This document shows positions 10,001-21,005 of a stretch of 64,000 nucleotides of DNA, one piece after another (position 1 is the stretch's first letter; each line of letters starts with the position of its first letter). Origin of the DNA: Bacteroidales bacterium (GTDB lineage: Bacteria > Bacteroidota > Bacteroidia > Bacteroidales > VadinHA17); contig JBBQJD010000004.1 in the NCBI GenBank assembly GCA_038325595.1, forward strand, positions 8,139 through 72,138, written 5' to 3'. The translations under genes and the position numbers were made by a program. The notes under the pieces were generated by a model. That model saw only the letters and a program-made list of their open reading frames with translations, had not been told where the DNA came from and did no database searches.

Positions 10001-13000
10001 AAATCCTAATCATGCAGGAGGTGACCTTTATATCAACCTTGGAAATGTGTCTGAAGATATTCTTCGTGACTCAAGAAAAAGTTTCGAAAACGGTTTGCCA
10101 GGTTCTGCCGAACTGATAAACATTGATACTACAACCTGGGGAAGGGTTCCTACAGTTCAGGCTGTAGTACATGCATTTGACAATGCCGTGGAATCCAGAG
10201 AGTACCAGGATGTAGGCCTTGACGGTCTTAGAAATCAGGATGAACAGACATATTTTAATGATTATCTTCAAAGATCACTTCTTATAGTAAATCCTGACGC
10301 ATACCAGAGAATTCTGGATGACCCGTCGAATGACGATTTCCATTATTTCAGGGGAAGCGATTTTGATGCTCAGGAAGTTGGTATTCTCGACAGGTATAAA
10401 CAATATAACGGACAGGAAGGGAATTCACCTACTGCCGAAATGTCGAATGAGTCATATCCCACTTCAGGATCAACTCTTCCCGACATGGAGGACATTAACC
10501 GTGATAATACGCTGAATGAGACTGAAAGCTACTACCAGTACAAAGTAAGTATCAGGCCGGGTAATATGCAGGTTGGTATGAATTATATTGTAGATGAGAT
10601 CGAACATGAAGCCACACTGGCAAATGGTGATAAATCGAAGGTAAAATGGTATCAGTTTAAAATCCCCATAACAGACTACCAAAGGATTGTAGGACCTATA
10701 AGAGATTTTAAATCAATACGTTTCATGAGGATGTTCATGAAAGATTTCCAGGAACCTGTGATTATGCGTTTTGCCAAGCTCGACCTTGTAAGAGCTGAAT
10801 GGAGGAAATACAACATCTCATTTATGGAAGGAGGAGAGAGGGTTACGGTACCTGAAGCAGCAGACGGAACATTTGAAATAAGTTCAGTAAGCATAGAAGA
10901 AAACTCAGGCAAGCAACCTGTAAATTATGTGCTCCCTCCGGGATTCGATCGTATCACAGATCCTCAGAATCCTCAGCTCAGGCAGCTAAATGAACAGTCG
11001 ATGGTGATGAGGGTCCAGAACCTGGAAGACGGAGATGCACGTGCTGCGTTTAAGAATGTGAATATTGATATCAGGCAATACAGGAGACTCCGTATGGAAG
11101 TCCATGCTGAAGCAATGATCGGCCAGCCTTTGCAGGATGATGAGTTGACTGCTTTTATCAGGATTGGATCTGATTATAAAGGTAATTTCTATGAGTATGA
11201 AATTCCGTTGAAACTTACTCCACCACGAGACCACTATGATAATGATTTAGAATCTCACAGGTTATTGGTATGGCCCGTGGAAAACAAATTTGATATTGAC
11301 CTGTCTCTTCTGCAGGAGGCCAAACAGGAACGTAACAAACAGATGCAGGAACCCGGTTCATCGTTAAGCGTTTCTGATGTATTTGTTTATGCAAGTGACG
11401 GAGCAAGAATTTCTGTTTCCGGTAATCCGAATCTGAGCAATGTAAAAGTAATCATGGTAGGGGTGAGGAATCCTATTAAGAACAGGAACATGCTTGCTGA
11501 TGATGGCACTCCTAAATTCGGAGAGATATGGATCAATGAACTTAGGTTAAGCGATTTTATTGAGAATGGCGGCTGGGCTGCAAATGCTCACTTCCAGGCC
11601 AGGCTTGCCGATCTGGGTACCGTAGATATGGTTGGCCAGACAAGCACTCCCGGATGGGGAAGTATTGAGAAGAAGGTAAATGAACGCAGCAAGGAACAGA
11701 TTGTAAAATATGATCTATCATCAAGCATTGAGCTTGGAAAATTCTTCCCTGAAGAGGTTGGGGTCAGGTTGCCTGTTTATATCGGATACTCTGAAACCAG
11801 AATCAAACCTCAGTACAATCCTCTTGATCCCGATGTTCCTTTAAAGGATGCACTCGAAGGAGCTCCAAACAAGCAGGCGAGAGATTCGATAGAAAACATT
11901 TCAGAAGATTTTGCCCGGAGAAAAACAATAACCGTCAGTAATGCCGGAATAACAAAAAGGGGCGAAAAGCCACAAGCCTGGGATCTTGCCAATTTAAGCG
12001 TGAATTATACCTATAATGAAACTTACAGGAGCAATACACGGACAGAAATTGACCTGGAAAAAGTCTACAGGGGAGGAATAAATTACGATTATGAAGCCCA
12101 GCCTAAAAATATTATGCCTTTCAGGAATGTTAAGATGTTGAATTCCCCTCTTCTGAGAATTGTCAAGGACTTTAATTTTTATCCTTTCCCTAAAAGCCTG
12201 TCATTCCGGACAGATCTGAATCGATCTTACAATGAGATAATTACAAGAAACATAAACAACCCATATCTGAGGGTAACTCCATCATTCAGAAAAGATTTTG
12301 AATGGAGCCGCATCTATGATTTCAAATACGATATTACCCGTCAGCTTAAATTTGACTTCAATGCTACCAATCTTGCACGCATAGATGAGCCGTGGGGAGG
12401 TGTAGACAAAAACAGGTACAGCAGCAGCTATGATATATGGAAGGATTCAGTGTTGTATAACCTGAAGAGGTTTGGCAGGACGACCACTTATAACCATTTT
12501 ATTAATGTTACTTACACCATTCCCATAAATAAGCTTCCGCTCCTTTCATGGGTTAATGCGAATGCACGGTATGGTGCTGACTATACATGGCTTGCGGGCC
12601 CTTTATTTCCCGACAGCATGAATATAAATCTCGGTAATTCCATTAAGAATCATAATGAAATGACTCTTACCGGGATGGCCAACCTTTCTGCTCTGTACAG
12701 CAAATCAAAATTCCTGAAGAACATCGATAACAGCACACGTCCTGATGCAGGACAAAGGGCAAAAGCTGAGCTAAAGACAGTTACATACTCCAGGGATAAT
12801 CTCAGCTTCAAACCCAAAGTTGTTAAAGGAATAGTTCACAATCTTAAAACACGGGATGTCAAGGTGAGAATTGTTGATAAGAATGGAACAGAGATTAAGG
12901 GAAAGCTGGATATCATAAACGACAACAGGGTAAATTTCACTGCGTCGGAACAGGCAGACAGTGTAAGGGTGGAAGTGGAAGGCAAAGTAAAGCAGACCCG

Positions 13001-14441
13001 CAATCCCCTTTCCGTAACAGGTCAATATCTTCTCAGGGCTATCATGGGAATACGGTCAGTGAGCCTGACCTATACTTCTGCCCAGGGACAATTCCTTCCC
13101 GGGTATATGCCTGAAACAAGATATCTGGGAATGTCTCCCACAAGCGGAATGCTTGCACCCGGCTGGCCATTCATCCTTGGATACAGCGATAAAAACTTCG
13201 CTGACAAGGCAGTTGCAAATGGATGGCTCTCTACCGATACTCTTCTAAATACACCGGCATCATATGTCAATAAGCTCGATATTTCAGCCAGGAGTCTTAT
13301 AGAACCCTTTCCGGGACTGAGAATTGATGTCAATGCTGACAGAAGGTTTCTTGAAACTGTAAGCTCCTATTATATAGCTGATTACAATGGAAACTTCCCT
13401 GACAGTACACGTAACAGGGTTATCTCGGGAAACTTCTCTATTTCTGTTATTTCATGGGGTACTGCTTTTGAAAAGATCACCAAGGCTAATGATTATGTAT
13501 CACCCACTTTCGAAGCATTTAAGAATAATTCGGTTATTATCTCGGAACGAAGAGCTGATGAAAGAATGAAGGTCGATCCTGAATATGATCCGGACATCGA
13601 TCCTTCTACAGGAGAGATGATCGAAGGACCATTTAAGAACGGTTACGGGAATACTTCCAGGGAAGTCCTGATTCCGGCATTCATTGCAGCATATACAAAA
13701 TCGAATCCGGAAAAAGTCAGTCTCGATCCTTTCCCGTCAGCATTAAGGATGATGCCAAACTGGAGGATAAATTTTGACGGTCTCTCAAAATTTGAATTTG
13801 TTCAAAGCGTGTTCAGGTCAGTAAATCTTATGCACCAGTACAGGAGTACTTATCAGATAGGTTCATATACCACCAACCTTAATTTTGATGATGGTGGCGG
13901 GGTTAGCAGGATCAGGGATCTGCAGAATAATTATATCCAGCAATATGAAATTAATGTGGTTACCATCAATGAACAGTTCAGTCCCCTTATCAATGTTGAT
14001 CTTAACTGGAAAAACAGCCTTACCACAAGGTTTGAATGGAGAAAGTCGAGGACTGTTTCACTTAACCTCACGAGCAACCAGATTGCTGATGCAAGAATTA
14101 ATGAATTGATTTTCGGAGCCGGATACAGGTTCGATGATGTTCAGATCATTCTCCGGACCGGCGGAGGTCAGAGAGCGCTGAAGAGCGATCTGAATCTGCG
14201 ACTGGATCTTTCAATTCGTGATAATAAAACAATAGCAAGAAAATTAATTGAGAATGTTAATCAGCCGGTAGTGGGGCAGAAGGTATTTACCGTAGGTGCA
14301 ACTGCTGACTATATTCTAAGCGACAGGTTCAATCTTCAGATTTTTGCGGATCATACAATGAATAACCCATTTGTAGCCAATACATTTCCTACTTCCAACA
14401 CCAACTTTGGCTTCAGTCTGAAATTCACTCTCATCCAGTAG
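7005..14441 (+). CDS. sprA: T9SS outer-membrane translocon SprA (Sov); TTG start uncertain
   Basis: 2478 aa with an N-terminal signal-like segment. SprA-type motifs YEANRHFFL, YIDDFE, RAKLAWY, GNVSEDILRD and RDFKSIRFMRM. ruvA-sprA-gcvH order is typical of Bacteroidota. Confidence 0.93.
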   Translation: MRSVILYKNHLVLLYLLLFALLVKPTGASGQTPLRNSQASDTTQKSILKLKDYSGIPWESRQNAPLFLDNPSNIKSSVVYDPEKNEYILYQKVGALDYRTPVYMSPEEFRKYEYTRAMRDYWQSRITGDETGFRSSLIPQIEIGGAAFDKIFGSNTINIIPQGSAELIFGINISRTDNPTLSEKLRTIPTFDFKEKIQMNVTGTIGDKMELGINYNTDAMFEFENRTKLQYSGKEDEILKKVEAGDVTLPLTGTLITGSYSLFGLKTEMQFGKLTVTTVLSQQKGESSVIDVKGGAQLTEFEVYADEYEANRHFFLSQFFRDIYDESLKNLPVVSSGVNIERIEVWVTNKSSRFEEASNRNIIAFMDLAENGNHIFNDVPEFQQGAGAMLYPDNSANRLYEQLTTSYGMVRDVDQVTTAFDPLYPGFQIGRDFEKIENARKLNDREFTYNRQLGYISLNTALNTDEVLAVAYEYTYGGQLFKVGEFSTDGISAPQSLILKLIKGTTLSPRLPTWNLMMKNVYSLGSGKLERNDFELNVLYQDDKTGNSINYIPEGSLADKILLQVMRLDNLNSQMDREPDGFFDFIDDVTIMVERGKIIFPVLEPFGRHLRSMIVDPTLANKYVFQELYDSTQTVARQMAEKNKFKLTGQYSSESGSEIRLNATSIPQGAVKVTAGGVPLTENTDYTVDYNMGTVRIINSALIESQTPIQVSLESNQFFGFQTKTLVGTHLDYKFSNNFDIGGTILHLTERPYTQKVNFGEEPISNTIWGLNTSYKAESQFLTKVIDKIPLLNTKTPSTFSFFGEFANLVPGHSRAISNAGNSYIDDFEASEIPLDLKSFNAWTIASIPQGQDLLFPEARFNNNPVSGFNRAKLAWYVIDPLFLRNGSSTPGHIKQDDKLQSSHFVREVYENEIFPYRESPSGIPTNISVLNLAYYPDEKGAYNYDTEQSMYSAGMNPEGGLNAPASRWGGIMREVLTSDFETANIQYVKFWVMDPFNENPNHAGGDLYINLGNVSEDILRDSRKSFENGLPGSAELINIDTTTWGRVPTVQAVVHAFDNAVESREYQDVGLDGLRNQDEQTYFNDYLQRSLLIVNPDAYQRILDDPSNDDFHYFRGSDFDAQEVGILDRYKQYNGQEGNSPTAEMSNESYPTSGSTLPDMEDINRDNTLNETESYYQYKVSIRPGNMQVGMNYIVDEIEHEATLANGDKSKVKWYQFKIPITDYQRIVGPIRDFKSIRFMRMFMKDFQEPVIMRFAKLDLVRAEWRKYNISFMEGGERVTVPEAADGTFEISSVSIEENSGKQPVNYVLPPGFDRITDPQNPQLRQLNEQSMVMRVQNLEDGDARAAFKNVNIDIRQYRRLRMEVHAEAMIGQPLQDDELTAFIRIGSDYKGNFYEYEIPLKLTPPRDHYDNDLESHRLLVWPVENKFDIDLSLLQEAKQERNKQMQEPGSSLSVSDVFVYASDGARISVSGNPNLSNVKVIMVGVRNPIKNRNMLADDGTPKFGEIWINELRLSDFIENGGWAANAHFQARLADLGTVDMVGQTSTPGWGSIEKKVNERSKEQIVKYDLSSSIELGKFFPEEVGVRLPVYIGYSETRIKPQYNPLDPDVPLKDALEGAPNKQARDSIENISEDFARRKTITVSNAGITKRGEKPQAWDLANLSVNYTYNETYRSNTRTEIDLEKVYRGGINYDYEAQPKNIMPFRNVKMLNSPLLRIVKDFNFYPFPKSLSFRTDLNRSYNEIITRNINNPYLRVTPSFRKDFEWSRIYDFKYDITRQLKFDFNATNLARIDEPWGGVDKNRYSSSYDIWKDSVLYNLKRFGRTTTYNHFINVTYTIPINKLPLLSWVNANARYGADYTWLAGPLFPDSMNINLGNSIKNHNEMTLTGMANLSALYSKSKFLKNIDNSTRPDAGQRAKAELKTVTYSRDNLSFKPKVVKGIVHNLKTRDVKVRIVDKNGTEIKGKLDIINDNRVNFTASEQADSVRVEVEGKVKQTRNPLSVTGQYLLRAIMGIRSVSLTYTSAQGQFLPGYMPETRYLGMSPTSGMLAPGWPFILGYSDKNFADKAVANGWLSTDTLLNTPASYVNKLDISARSLIEPFPGLRIDVNADRRFLETVSSYYIADYNGNFPDSTRNRVISGNFSISVISWGTAFEKITKANDYVSPTFEAFKNNSVIISERRADERMKVDPEYDPDIDPSTGEMIEGPFKNGYGNTSREVLIPAFIAAYTKSNPEKVSLDPFPSALRMMPNWRINFDGLSKFEFVQSVFRSVNLMHQYRSTYQIGSYTTNLNFDDGGGVSRIRDLQNNYIQQYEINVVTINEQFSPLINVDLNWKNSLTTRFEWRKSRTVSLNLTSNQIADARINELIFGAGYRFDDVQIILRTGGGQRALKSDLNLRLDLSIRDNKTIARKLIENVNQPVVGQKVFTVGATADYILSDRFNLQIFADHTMNNPFVANTFPTSNTNFGFSLKFTLIQ

Positions 14442-14570
14442 AGTTCATTCAGATCAAATTCAAAAAAAGGACTTTTATCACCTTATTTAAGGAATAATTT
14501 TTCTAATTTTGGTAAGCTTTTTACGGAAAAGCATAAATAGAAATTTATTATTATCTAAACTCTCGCAGAA

Positions 14571-14945
14571 ATGAATGTTCCAGCAGATTTATTGTACACC
14601 AAAGACCATGAATGGCTTCGTATTGAAGGAGACAAAGGCTATGTCGGCATAACTGATTTTGCACAGGGTGAGCTGGGCGACATAGTATTCATTGAGATTG
14701 AAACTGTGGGGGAGGTACTAAAAAAGGAAGAAGTTTTCGGAACAATCGAAGCTGTTAAAACTGTATCTGATCTGTTTATGCCGGTAAGCGGAGAAGTCCT
14801 GGAAGTAAATCCTGCACTGGAAGATTCTCCTGATGTGGTGAATAAGGATCCATACGGAAAGGGTTGGATGGTAACTATCAAATTAAGTGATCCTTCTGAA
14901 GTTAACCATCTTCTTACCCCTGAAGAGTACAAGGCTCTTCTATAA
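14571..14945 (+). CDS. gcvH: Glycine cleavage system H protein
   Basis: YTKDHEW, GITDFAQ, lipoyl-lysine motif [15 protein letters not shown]. Confidence 0.96.
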   Translation: MNVPADLLYTKDHEWLRIEGDKGYVGITDFAQGELGDIVFIEIETVGEVLKKEEVFGTIEAVKTVSDLFMPVSGEVLEVNPALEDSPDVVNKDPYGKGWMVTIKLSDPSEVNHLLTPEEYKALL

Positions 14946-17945
14946 TGTCTTTTTGACTTCGAATTCCTGGAATCCTTCAATAGCGTCACCGGTATTTATA
15001 TCGTTGAAGTTATTGATGTTTAGTCCGCATTCATATCCGCCGACTACTTCCTTCACATCATCCTTGAAGCGTTTCAGTGATCCCAGATCGCCGGTGTAAA
15101 TTACAATACCGTCGCGGATAACCCTTACACGGGTATTTCTTGTGATTTTCCCTTCTCTCACATAGCAGCCGGCAACTGTTCCTACTTTTGTCACCTTGAA
15201 AACTTCACGGATCTCAAGTGTTGCCACTATTTCTTCCCTGACCTCCGGCATTAACATACCTTCCATAGCCGATCTTATCTCCTCTATGGCATTGTATATG
15301 ATTGAATAGAGTCTTACATCTATCTCCTCTTTCTCCGCAAGCTTTCTTGCACTCAGCGAAGGCCTCACCTGGAAGCCTACAATAATTGCATTCGATGCTG
15401 CTGCAAGCAGAACATCTGACTCTGATATCTGTCCGACTGCCTTATGAATTATGTTAAGCTGGATCTCGGGTGTTGAAAGCTTGATAAGTGAATCGCTCAA
15501 TGCTTCAATTGATCCGTCAACGTCACCCTTCACGATTATATTAAGCTCCTGGAAGTTACCGATTGCAATCCTTCGACCGATCTCATCAAGAGTAATATGT
15601 TTCTGGGTACGGAGTCCCTGTTCTCTCTGCAGCTGTGCTCTTTTTGTTGCTATATCCTTGGCTTCCCTGTCGCTTTCCATTATGTTGAACTTATCGCCAG
15701 CCTGCGGGGCTCCATTCAATCCAAGTATAAGGGTTGGTGTTGCAGGTCCTACCTCTTCAACTTTGTATCCTCTTTCGTTGTACATTGCCTTTATATGGCC
15801 GAAGCAGCTGCCGGCAAGCATTATATCGCCGATCCTGAGCGTGCCTGCTTTAACCAGCACTGTTGCCGTGAATCCCCGGCCTTTATCGAGAGATGATTCA
15901 ATAACGGTGCCTATTGCAGGTTTGTCAGGATTTGCCTTAAGTTCAAGCATTTCAGCTTCAAGAAGAATTTTATCGAGCAGAACATCAATGTTAAGGCCTG
16001 ATTTAGCGGAGATCTCCTGTGACTGGTATTTTCCACCCCAGTCCTCTACAAGATAATTCATAGAAGCAAGAGCTTCTTTAATCTTATCCGGATTTGCGGA
16101 TGGCTTATCGATTTTGTTTATAGCGAAGATTATTGGCACTCCTGCTGCAGAAGCATGGTTGATCGCTTCCCTCGTCTGTGGCATCACACCATCATCAGCA
16201 GCAACCACAATAATTGCAATATCAGTAATCTGGGCTCCACGTGCCCGCATAGCTGTAAAAGCCTCATGACCGGGTGTGTCCAGGAATGTGATCTGTCTTC
16301 CATCCTGAAGAATAACTCCGTATGCACCGATATGCTGAGTAATACCTCCGGCTTCACCCGCAATTACGTTGGTATTGCGGATATAGTCAAGCAGCTTGGT
16401 TTTACCGTGATCGACGTGTCCCATTACGGTTACTATTGGCGGCCTTGGTTTCAGATCTTCCTCATCATCTTCCTCTTCCCTTACTGCTTCCTGCAATTCG
16501 GCACTTACGAATTCTACCTTAAAGCCGAATTCATCAGCCAGAAGTGCCATTGTTTCAGCATCGAGCCTCTGGTTTATAGACACAAACAGACCCAGATTCA
16601 TGCATGTTGAAATGATCTCTGTGACCGGAATGTTCATCATTGAGGCAAGCTCATTGACAGATACAAATTCTGTTACTTTAAGAATATTTTTTTCGTGTTC
16701 GAGCTTATCAGCAACCTCCTGGTGTTTCTGACTGACAGCTTCCCTTTTTTCTCTTCTGTATCTCGAGCCTTTTGATTTACCCTTCGTAGTTAATCTTGAA
16801 AGGGTTTCCTTGATCTGTTTCTGAACTTCTTCTTCATTAACCTCAGCCCTTACAGGTCTTTTCCTGATAACCTTCTTTGCACCGGGTTTTTCTTTTTTAT
16901 CGGTTGTAACAGGTTTTACAACTGGGGTAACTTCTTTTTCCTTCGATATTCTTTTCCTTCTCTTCTTCCTTCTGAAATCCTGATCACTTCCTGTTCTGAC
17001 AGGCTGATATGGAGTTGCTTTCTTCTTTTCTTCTATCGGAAGATCGATTCTTCCCACAACTCTTGGCCCTGCAAGCTTTTTAAAATCAGTCTTGTACAGA
17101 GCTACTGCATCGTCTTCAGGAATTATAATGTTATCAATTAATATTTCCGTAACTTCTTCTACCTGAGGTTCCGGTGTGATATCCTGAACAGGTTCCGGTA
17201 TATCTTCAGGTTCAGGTTCTTTATGTTTTGGTTTGTCCTCTTTTTCCTTAACTTTTTCTCTGGGATCTTCCTTGGATGTTATCTCCGTATGTTTCTCTGT
17301 AGGTTCCTCTTTTTTTGCTGTTTTGCCTTTTTTTAAAGTATCAAGGTCTATTTTCCCTACTATATGAAGATCGATCGGTGATTTTGGCTTTTCTTCTTCA
17401 ACAGGCTTAGCTTCAACCGGGGCTTCATTAACAGCAGCAGGCTTTTTTGATTCTGGTTTTTCGGGTTCTGCTTTCACTGGTTCCGGTTTTGCTTCCGGTT
17501 CCTTCGTGGCGGCAGGTGGTTCCTCTTTAACCTTAGGCCTTAAAGTCTTTTCAAGATCGATTTTCCCTACAAGCTTAACCTCAGGTTTCTTTATCTCTGT
17601 CTTAATATCAACAGTATTCTTTATTGTGGAGGTATCAGTTATACGTACCTCTTCATCCTTCTCAACATCTTCACCTTCAGCTTTTTCTGAGAAATCTTCG
17701 ATGGAAACGGATTCTTTTTTACGATGAAGATCCTTGAGAATAAGCTTTTCAGATTCCTTTTTTACACTGATATCGGTACTGTATTCTTTTAAAAGCAGGA
17801 TATAAGCTTCATGAGGAAGTTTTGTGTTTGGGTTGGAATCAAGGTCAAACCCCTTCTTGTGCAGAAATTCCACAATAGTGGATATCCCCACATTAAATTC
17901 GCGGGCTGCTTTGCTTAATCTTGTAACCTTAATGTCCTCTGTCAT
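14940..17945 (-). CDS. infB: Translation initiation factor IF-2
   Basis: [27 protein letters not shown] and NKID, with a long charged N-terminal region. Confidence 0.98.
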   Translation of the reverse strand: MTEDIKVTRLSKAAREFNVGISTIVEFLHKKGFDLDSNPNTKLPHEAYILLLKEYSTDISVKKESEKLILKDLHRKKESVSIEDFSEKAEGEDVEKDEEVRITDTSTIKNTVDIKTEIKKPEVKLVGKIDLEKTLRPKVKEEPPAATKEPEAKPEPVKAEPEKPESKKPAAVNEAPVEAKPVEEEKPKSPIDLHIVGKIDLDTLKKGKTAKKEEPTEKHTEITSKEDPREKVKEKEDKPKHKEPEPEDIPEPVQDITPEPQVEEVTEILIDNIIIPEDDAVALYKTDFKKLAGPRVVGRIDLPIEEKKKATPYQPVRTGSDQDFRRKKRRKRISKEKEVTPVVKPVTTDKKEKPGAKKVIRKRPVRAEVNEEEVQKQIKETLSRLTTKGKSKGSRYRREKREAVSQKHQEVADKLEHEKNILKVTEFVSVNELASMMNIPVTEIISTCMNLGLFVSINQRLDAETMALLADEFGFKVEFVSAELQEAVREEEDDEEDLKPRPPIVTVMGHVDHGKTKLLDYIRNTNVIAGEAGGITQHIGAYGVILQDGRQITFLDTPGHEAFTAMRARGAQITDIAIIVVAADDGVMPQTREAINHASAAGVPIIFAINKIDKPSANPDKIKEALASMNYLVEDWGGKYQSQEISAKSGLNIDVLLDKILLEAEMLELKANPDKPAIGTVIESSLDKGRGFTATVLVKAGTLRIGDIMLAGSCFGHIKAMYNERGYKVEEVGPATPTLILGLNGAPQAGDKFNIMESDREAKDIATKRAQLQREQGLRTQKHITLDEIGRRIAIGNFQELNIIVKGDVDGSIEALSDSLIKLSTPEIQLNIIHKAVGQISESDVLLAAASNAIIVGFQVRPSLSARKLAEKEEIDVRLYSIIYNAIEEIRSAMEGMLMPEVREEIVATLEIREVFKVTKVGTVAGCYVREGKITRNTRVRVIRDGIVIYTGDLGSLKRFKDDVKEVVGGYECGLNINNFNDINTGDAIEGFQEFEVKKTL

Positions 17946-18005
17946 AAATTGCCTTACCTTATTATAATACTTTTTAAAAGCCTGTTAATTAATTAAATAG
18001 AAATT

Positions 18006-19244
18006 TTACTCAAACTCAGCTCTGAGGATATTGACAACCTCTTTAACTGTTTCTTCTTCAAGATCAGTTCTTTTAACAAGATCGCTGATTGAAAGGTTCA
18101 GAACACTTCTTGCGGTATCGCATCCAATAGCTTTGAGCTCTTCTATTATCCAGTCTTCAATTTCGTCGCCGAATTCATCAAGATTTACATCTTCTTCATC
18201 TTCTCCTCCCGGTTCCCTGTAGACATCAATCTCATAACCTGTCAGCTGGCTGGCCAGTTTGATATTCAGCCCGCCTTTACCGATTGCCAGTGATACCTCA
18301 TTTGGCTTCAGGTAAATTTCGGCCCTTTTTGTTTCTTCAACCAGCTTGATAGAAGTTATTTTGGCCGGACTGAGTGCCCTTTGAATAAACAGCTGATTGT
18401 TTGATGTATAGTTTATAACATCAATGTTCTCATTACGCAATTCCCTTACAATTCCATGTATCCTTGAACCTTTCATGCCTACGCACGCACCTACAGGATC
18501 AATTCTGTCATCATATGACTCAACAGCCACTTTTGCGCGTTCTCCGGGAACCCGAACGATCTTTTTAATCGTAATAAGACCGTCAAAAATTTCAGGAACT
18601 TCAAGTTCAAATAACCTTTCAAGGAATACAGGTGATGTCCGGCTGAGAATAATGAATGGAGTATTGTTTCTCATCTCCACTTTTATCACCACGGCTCTTA
18701 TTGAATCTCCTTTACGGAAATGATCGGAAGGTATCTGATCGCTTTTTGGCAGTATAAGCTCATTGCCATCGTCATCCAGAACAAGGATCTCCCTCTTCCA
18801 AACCTGGTAAACTTCACCGGTGACAATTTCTCCAATCCTGTCTTTGTACTTGATGTAAATATTATTTTTTTCAAGATCGAGTATCCTTGCTGTGAGGTTC
18901 TGCCTTAATGATAAAATTGCCCTTCTCCCAAAATCAAGAAATTTAACCTCATCAGAAACCTCTTCGCCAACTTCATAATCCCCGTCTATTTCCTTTGCCT
19001 TTGAAAGAGGTATCTGCATAACAGGATCCGTAAGGTCCTTGTCATCAACAACTACCCTGTTCCTCCATATTTCAAAGTCACCTTTATCGATGTTGACTAT
19101 AATGTCAAAATTATCAGCCGAACCATATTTTTTTGCGAGCATACTTCTGAACACATCTTCAAGAACACTCATCATTGTTGGCCTGTCGATATTCTTCAAC
19201 TCTTTGAATTCCGAAAAGGTGTCTATTAAATTAACGTTTTCCAT
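18006..19244 (-). CDS. nusA: Transcription termination/antitermination factor NusA
   Basis: FGRRAI, LEVPEI, DPVGACVGMKGSRI, AIGKGGLN. Part of the rimP-nusA-infB operon. Confidence 0.97.
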   Translation of the reverse strand: MENVNLIDTFSEFKELKNIDRPTMMSVLEDVFRSMLAKKYGSADNFDIIVNIDKGDFEIWRNRVVVDDKDLTDPVMQIPLSKAKEIDGDYEVGEEVSDEVKFLDFGRRAILSLRQNLTARILDLEKNNIYIKYKDRIGEIVTGEVYQVWKREILVLDDDGNELILPKSDQIPSDHFRKGDSIRAVVIKVEMRNNTPFIILSRTSPVFLERLFELEVPEIFDGLITIKKIVRVPGERAKVAVESYDDRIDPVGACVGMKGSRIHGIVRELRNENIDVINYTSNNQLFIQRALSPAKITSIKLVEETKRAEIYLKPNEVSLAIGKGGLNIKLASQLTGYEIDVYREPGGEDEEDVNLDEFGDEIEDWIIEELKAIGCDTARSVLNLSISDLVKRTDLEEETVKEVVNILRAEFE

Positions 19245-19264
19245 TTGATGTATACTTCTTATTA

Positions 19265-19717
19265 TTATTTAATTGTCAATATAACTCTTGCCGATTTAAC
19301 CTGGTCGAAATTGAATGAAAGATCTTTCAGCTCTTTCATTTTCCCCTTTATTTTCACTTCAGCTTCAAGCTCAAATCCACCTTTATTAACATTTTTCAAT
19401 TTTCCGGTGTATTTTGAACCTTCATTATCCACTACCTCAATTTTTTTGCCTTCATTTTTATGATACTGTTCTATTACTCCGAAGGGAAGGTCAAGACCCG
19501 GTGAAGATACCTGTAATTCGAAATCTTCGACATCGCGCTCAAGATTCTTTTCAAGATGCCTGTGTATTGCTGCACATTCATCTATTGTGATTCCTTCCTT
19601 CTTATCGGCCAGAACAATAATTCTGTTGGCACTGCTTACTTTTACAGCAACAAGAAACAGATCCGTCCCATGAATAAACTCCTCTATTAACCTCTGTATC
19701 TTATCCTTTTCTATCAT
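19265..19717 (-). CDS. rimP: Ribosome maturation factor RimP
   Basis: GITIDEC and LQVSSPGL motifs; first gene of the nusA-infB operon. Confidence 0.92.
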   Translation of the reverse strand: MIEKDKIQRLIEEFIHGTDLFLVAVKVSSANRIIVLADKKEGITIDECAAIHRHLEKNLERDVEDFELQVSSPGLDLPFGVIEQYHKNEGKKIEVVDNEGSKYTGKLKNVNKGGFELEAEVKIKGKMKELKDLSFNFDQVKSARVILTIK

Positions 19718-19732
19718 GCTAAAATTCCGATA

Positions 19733-19785
19733 ACAAAATAGGGGACTCTGGTCCCCTAGGTCTCAAACACCCCTCAATTCGGTTG
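19733..19785 (-). ncRNA. rimP leader-like hairpin/attenuator
   Basis: Minus strand TAGGGGAC-CAGA-GTCCCCTA (19758-19739) followed by TTTTGTT. It lies downstream of a TACCTTTG -7 element (19793-19786) and fits the GGG..CCC rimP-leader pattern. Confidence 0.65.
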
Positions 19786-19941
19786 CAAAGGTATATATTT
19801 ATATTAAAATATCAAAGAATAATTATTTTAAATTGAAGTATTAGCATTGTGGTTCAAAGATGTAGCAAAATAAATCAATTAACATTCCGATATTTGAAGG
19901 TCTCAATATCAGGTGCAAATTTATAATTTTCAGGTATAACA

Positions 19942-20886
19942 ATGATTAAGGCTGAATTATATAACGAGAAGGAGAGGAGCATGCTTGAAAGCTGTACATT
20001 ATGCCCGCATGAATGCAGGGTTGACAGGTTGAGAAAGGATTCGGGAATCTGCAGAACTGATGCCGCGATAAATATAGCATCAATTTGTATCCACAGGGGA
20101 GAGGAGCCACCGATCAGCGGACCGGAAGGTATATGTAACATTTTTTTTACGGGTTGCAATCTTCATTGCATTTTTTGCCAGAATCATGAAATCAGCCAGC
20201 CGGGCAGAATTTCCATAAAAGGAATCATGGACCTCAATGCTGTTCTTGGAAGGATAGAGGAAATAATGAAAGGAGGTATCAGGGCTGTGGGATTTGTTTC
20301 ACCCTCGCATGTAGTTCCACTGGTGAAGGTAATTATAGCAGGATTGCATTCACGTGGATTGAATCCTGTAACAGTGTATAACACAAATAGCTACGACAAG
20401 ATCGAAACCATAAAAAGCCTGGATGGATTGATAGACATATATCTTCCTGATTATAAATACATTACCTCAGCAATAGCATCAGATTATTCAGGATCAGATG
20501 ATTATCCTCAGATAGCATTAAAAGCTATAAAGGAAATGTACTATCAGAAAGGTTCAACTCTAGTTATCGATGACCAGGGCAGGGCTGAAAAGGGATTAAT
20601 GATAAGGCACCTGGTATTGCCTGGTCATGCCGAAGAAAGTAAGAATGTTTTGAGATCAATTGCGGATGAGCTTTCTCCGGGAGTTCATCTTTCGCTGATG
20701 TCACAATATCATCCGACAAAATATGTAACTGAGCATCCTCTCCTAAACCGCTTGCTGTACAAAGAAGAATACCAGGAGGTTGTTGAAACAATGAATGCAC
20801 TGGGTTTCAGAAACGGCTGGGTTCAGGATATGGAAAGCAATAATAGCTACAGTCCTGATTTCACTAAGGAGCACCCATTTGAATGA
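19942..20886 (+). CDS. PflX-like radical SAM protein (PFL-activase-like, uncharacterised)
   Basis: N-terminal CTLCPHEC, GEEPPISG, CNLHCIFCQN, IYLPDYKY, IRHLVLPG, SLMSQY. Confidence 0.85.
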   Translation: MIKAELYNEKERSMLESCTLCPHECRVDRLRKDSGICRTDAAINIASICIHRGEEPPISGPEGICNIFFTGCNLHCIFCQNHEISQPGRISIKGIMDLNAVLGRIEEIMKGGIRAVGFVSPSHVVPLVKVIIAGLHSRGLNPVTVYNTNSYDKIETIKSLDGLIDIYLPDYKYITSAIASDYSGSDDYPQIALKAIKEMYYQKGSTLVIDDQGRAEKGLMIRHLVLPGHAEESKNVLRSIADELSPGVHLSLMSQYHPTKYVTEHPLLNRLLYKEEYQEVVETMNALGFRNGWVQDMESNNSYSPDFTKEHPFE

Positions 20887-21005
20887 TCCTAAACATGGTT
20901 ATAAGGTTTGATTTTCCTGAATTTTTAAATTAGGGGGGACACTTTGCGGTTAAAGGATTTGCATTGTAAAACTTATTTCTATTTTTGTACATCAATTTTC
21001 CTCAG

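Noticed and set aside
14571-14945. gcvH without gcvT/gcvP
   Set aside because: Dispersed gcv genes and the sprA-gcvH neighbourhood are usual in this phylum.
15451-16610. Long plus-strand ORFs inside infB
   Set aside because: Antisense shadows of a highly conserved gene. The same applies to most short ORFs in the track opposite sprA, nusA, groEL, lepA, fabF and leuS.
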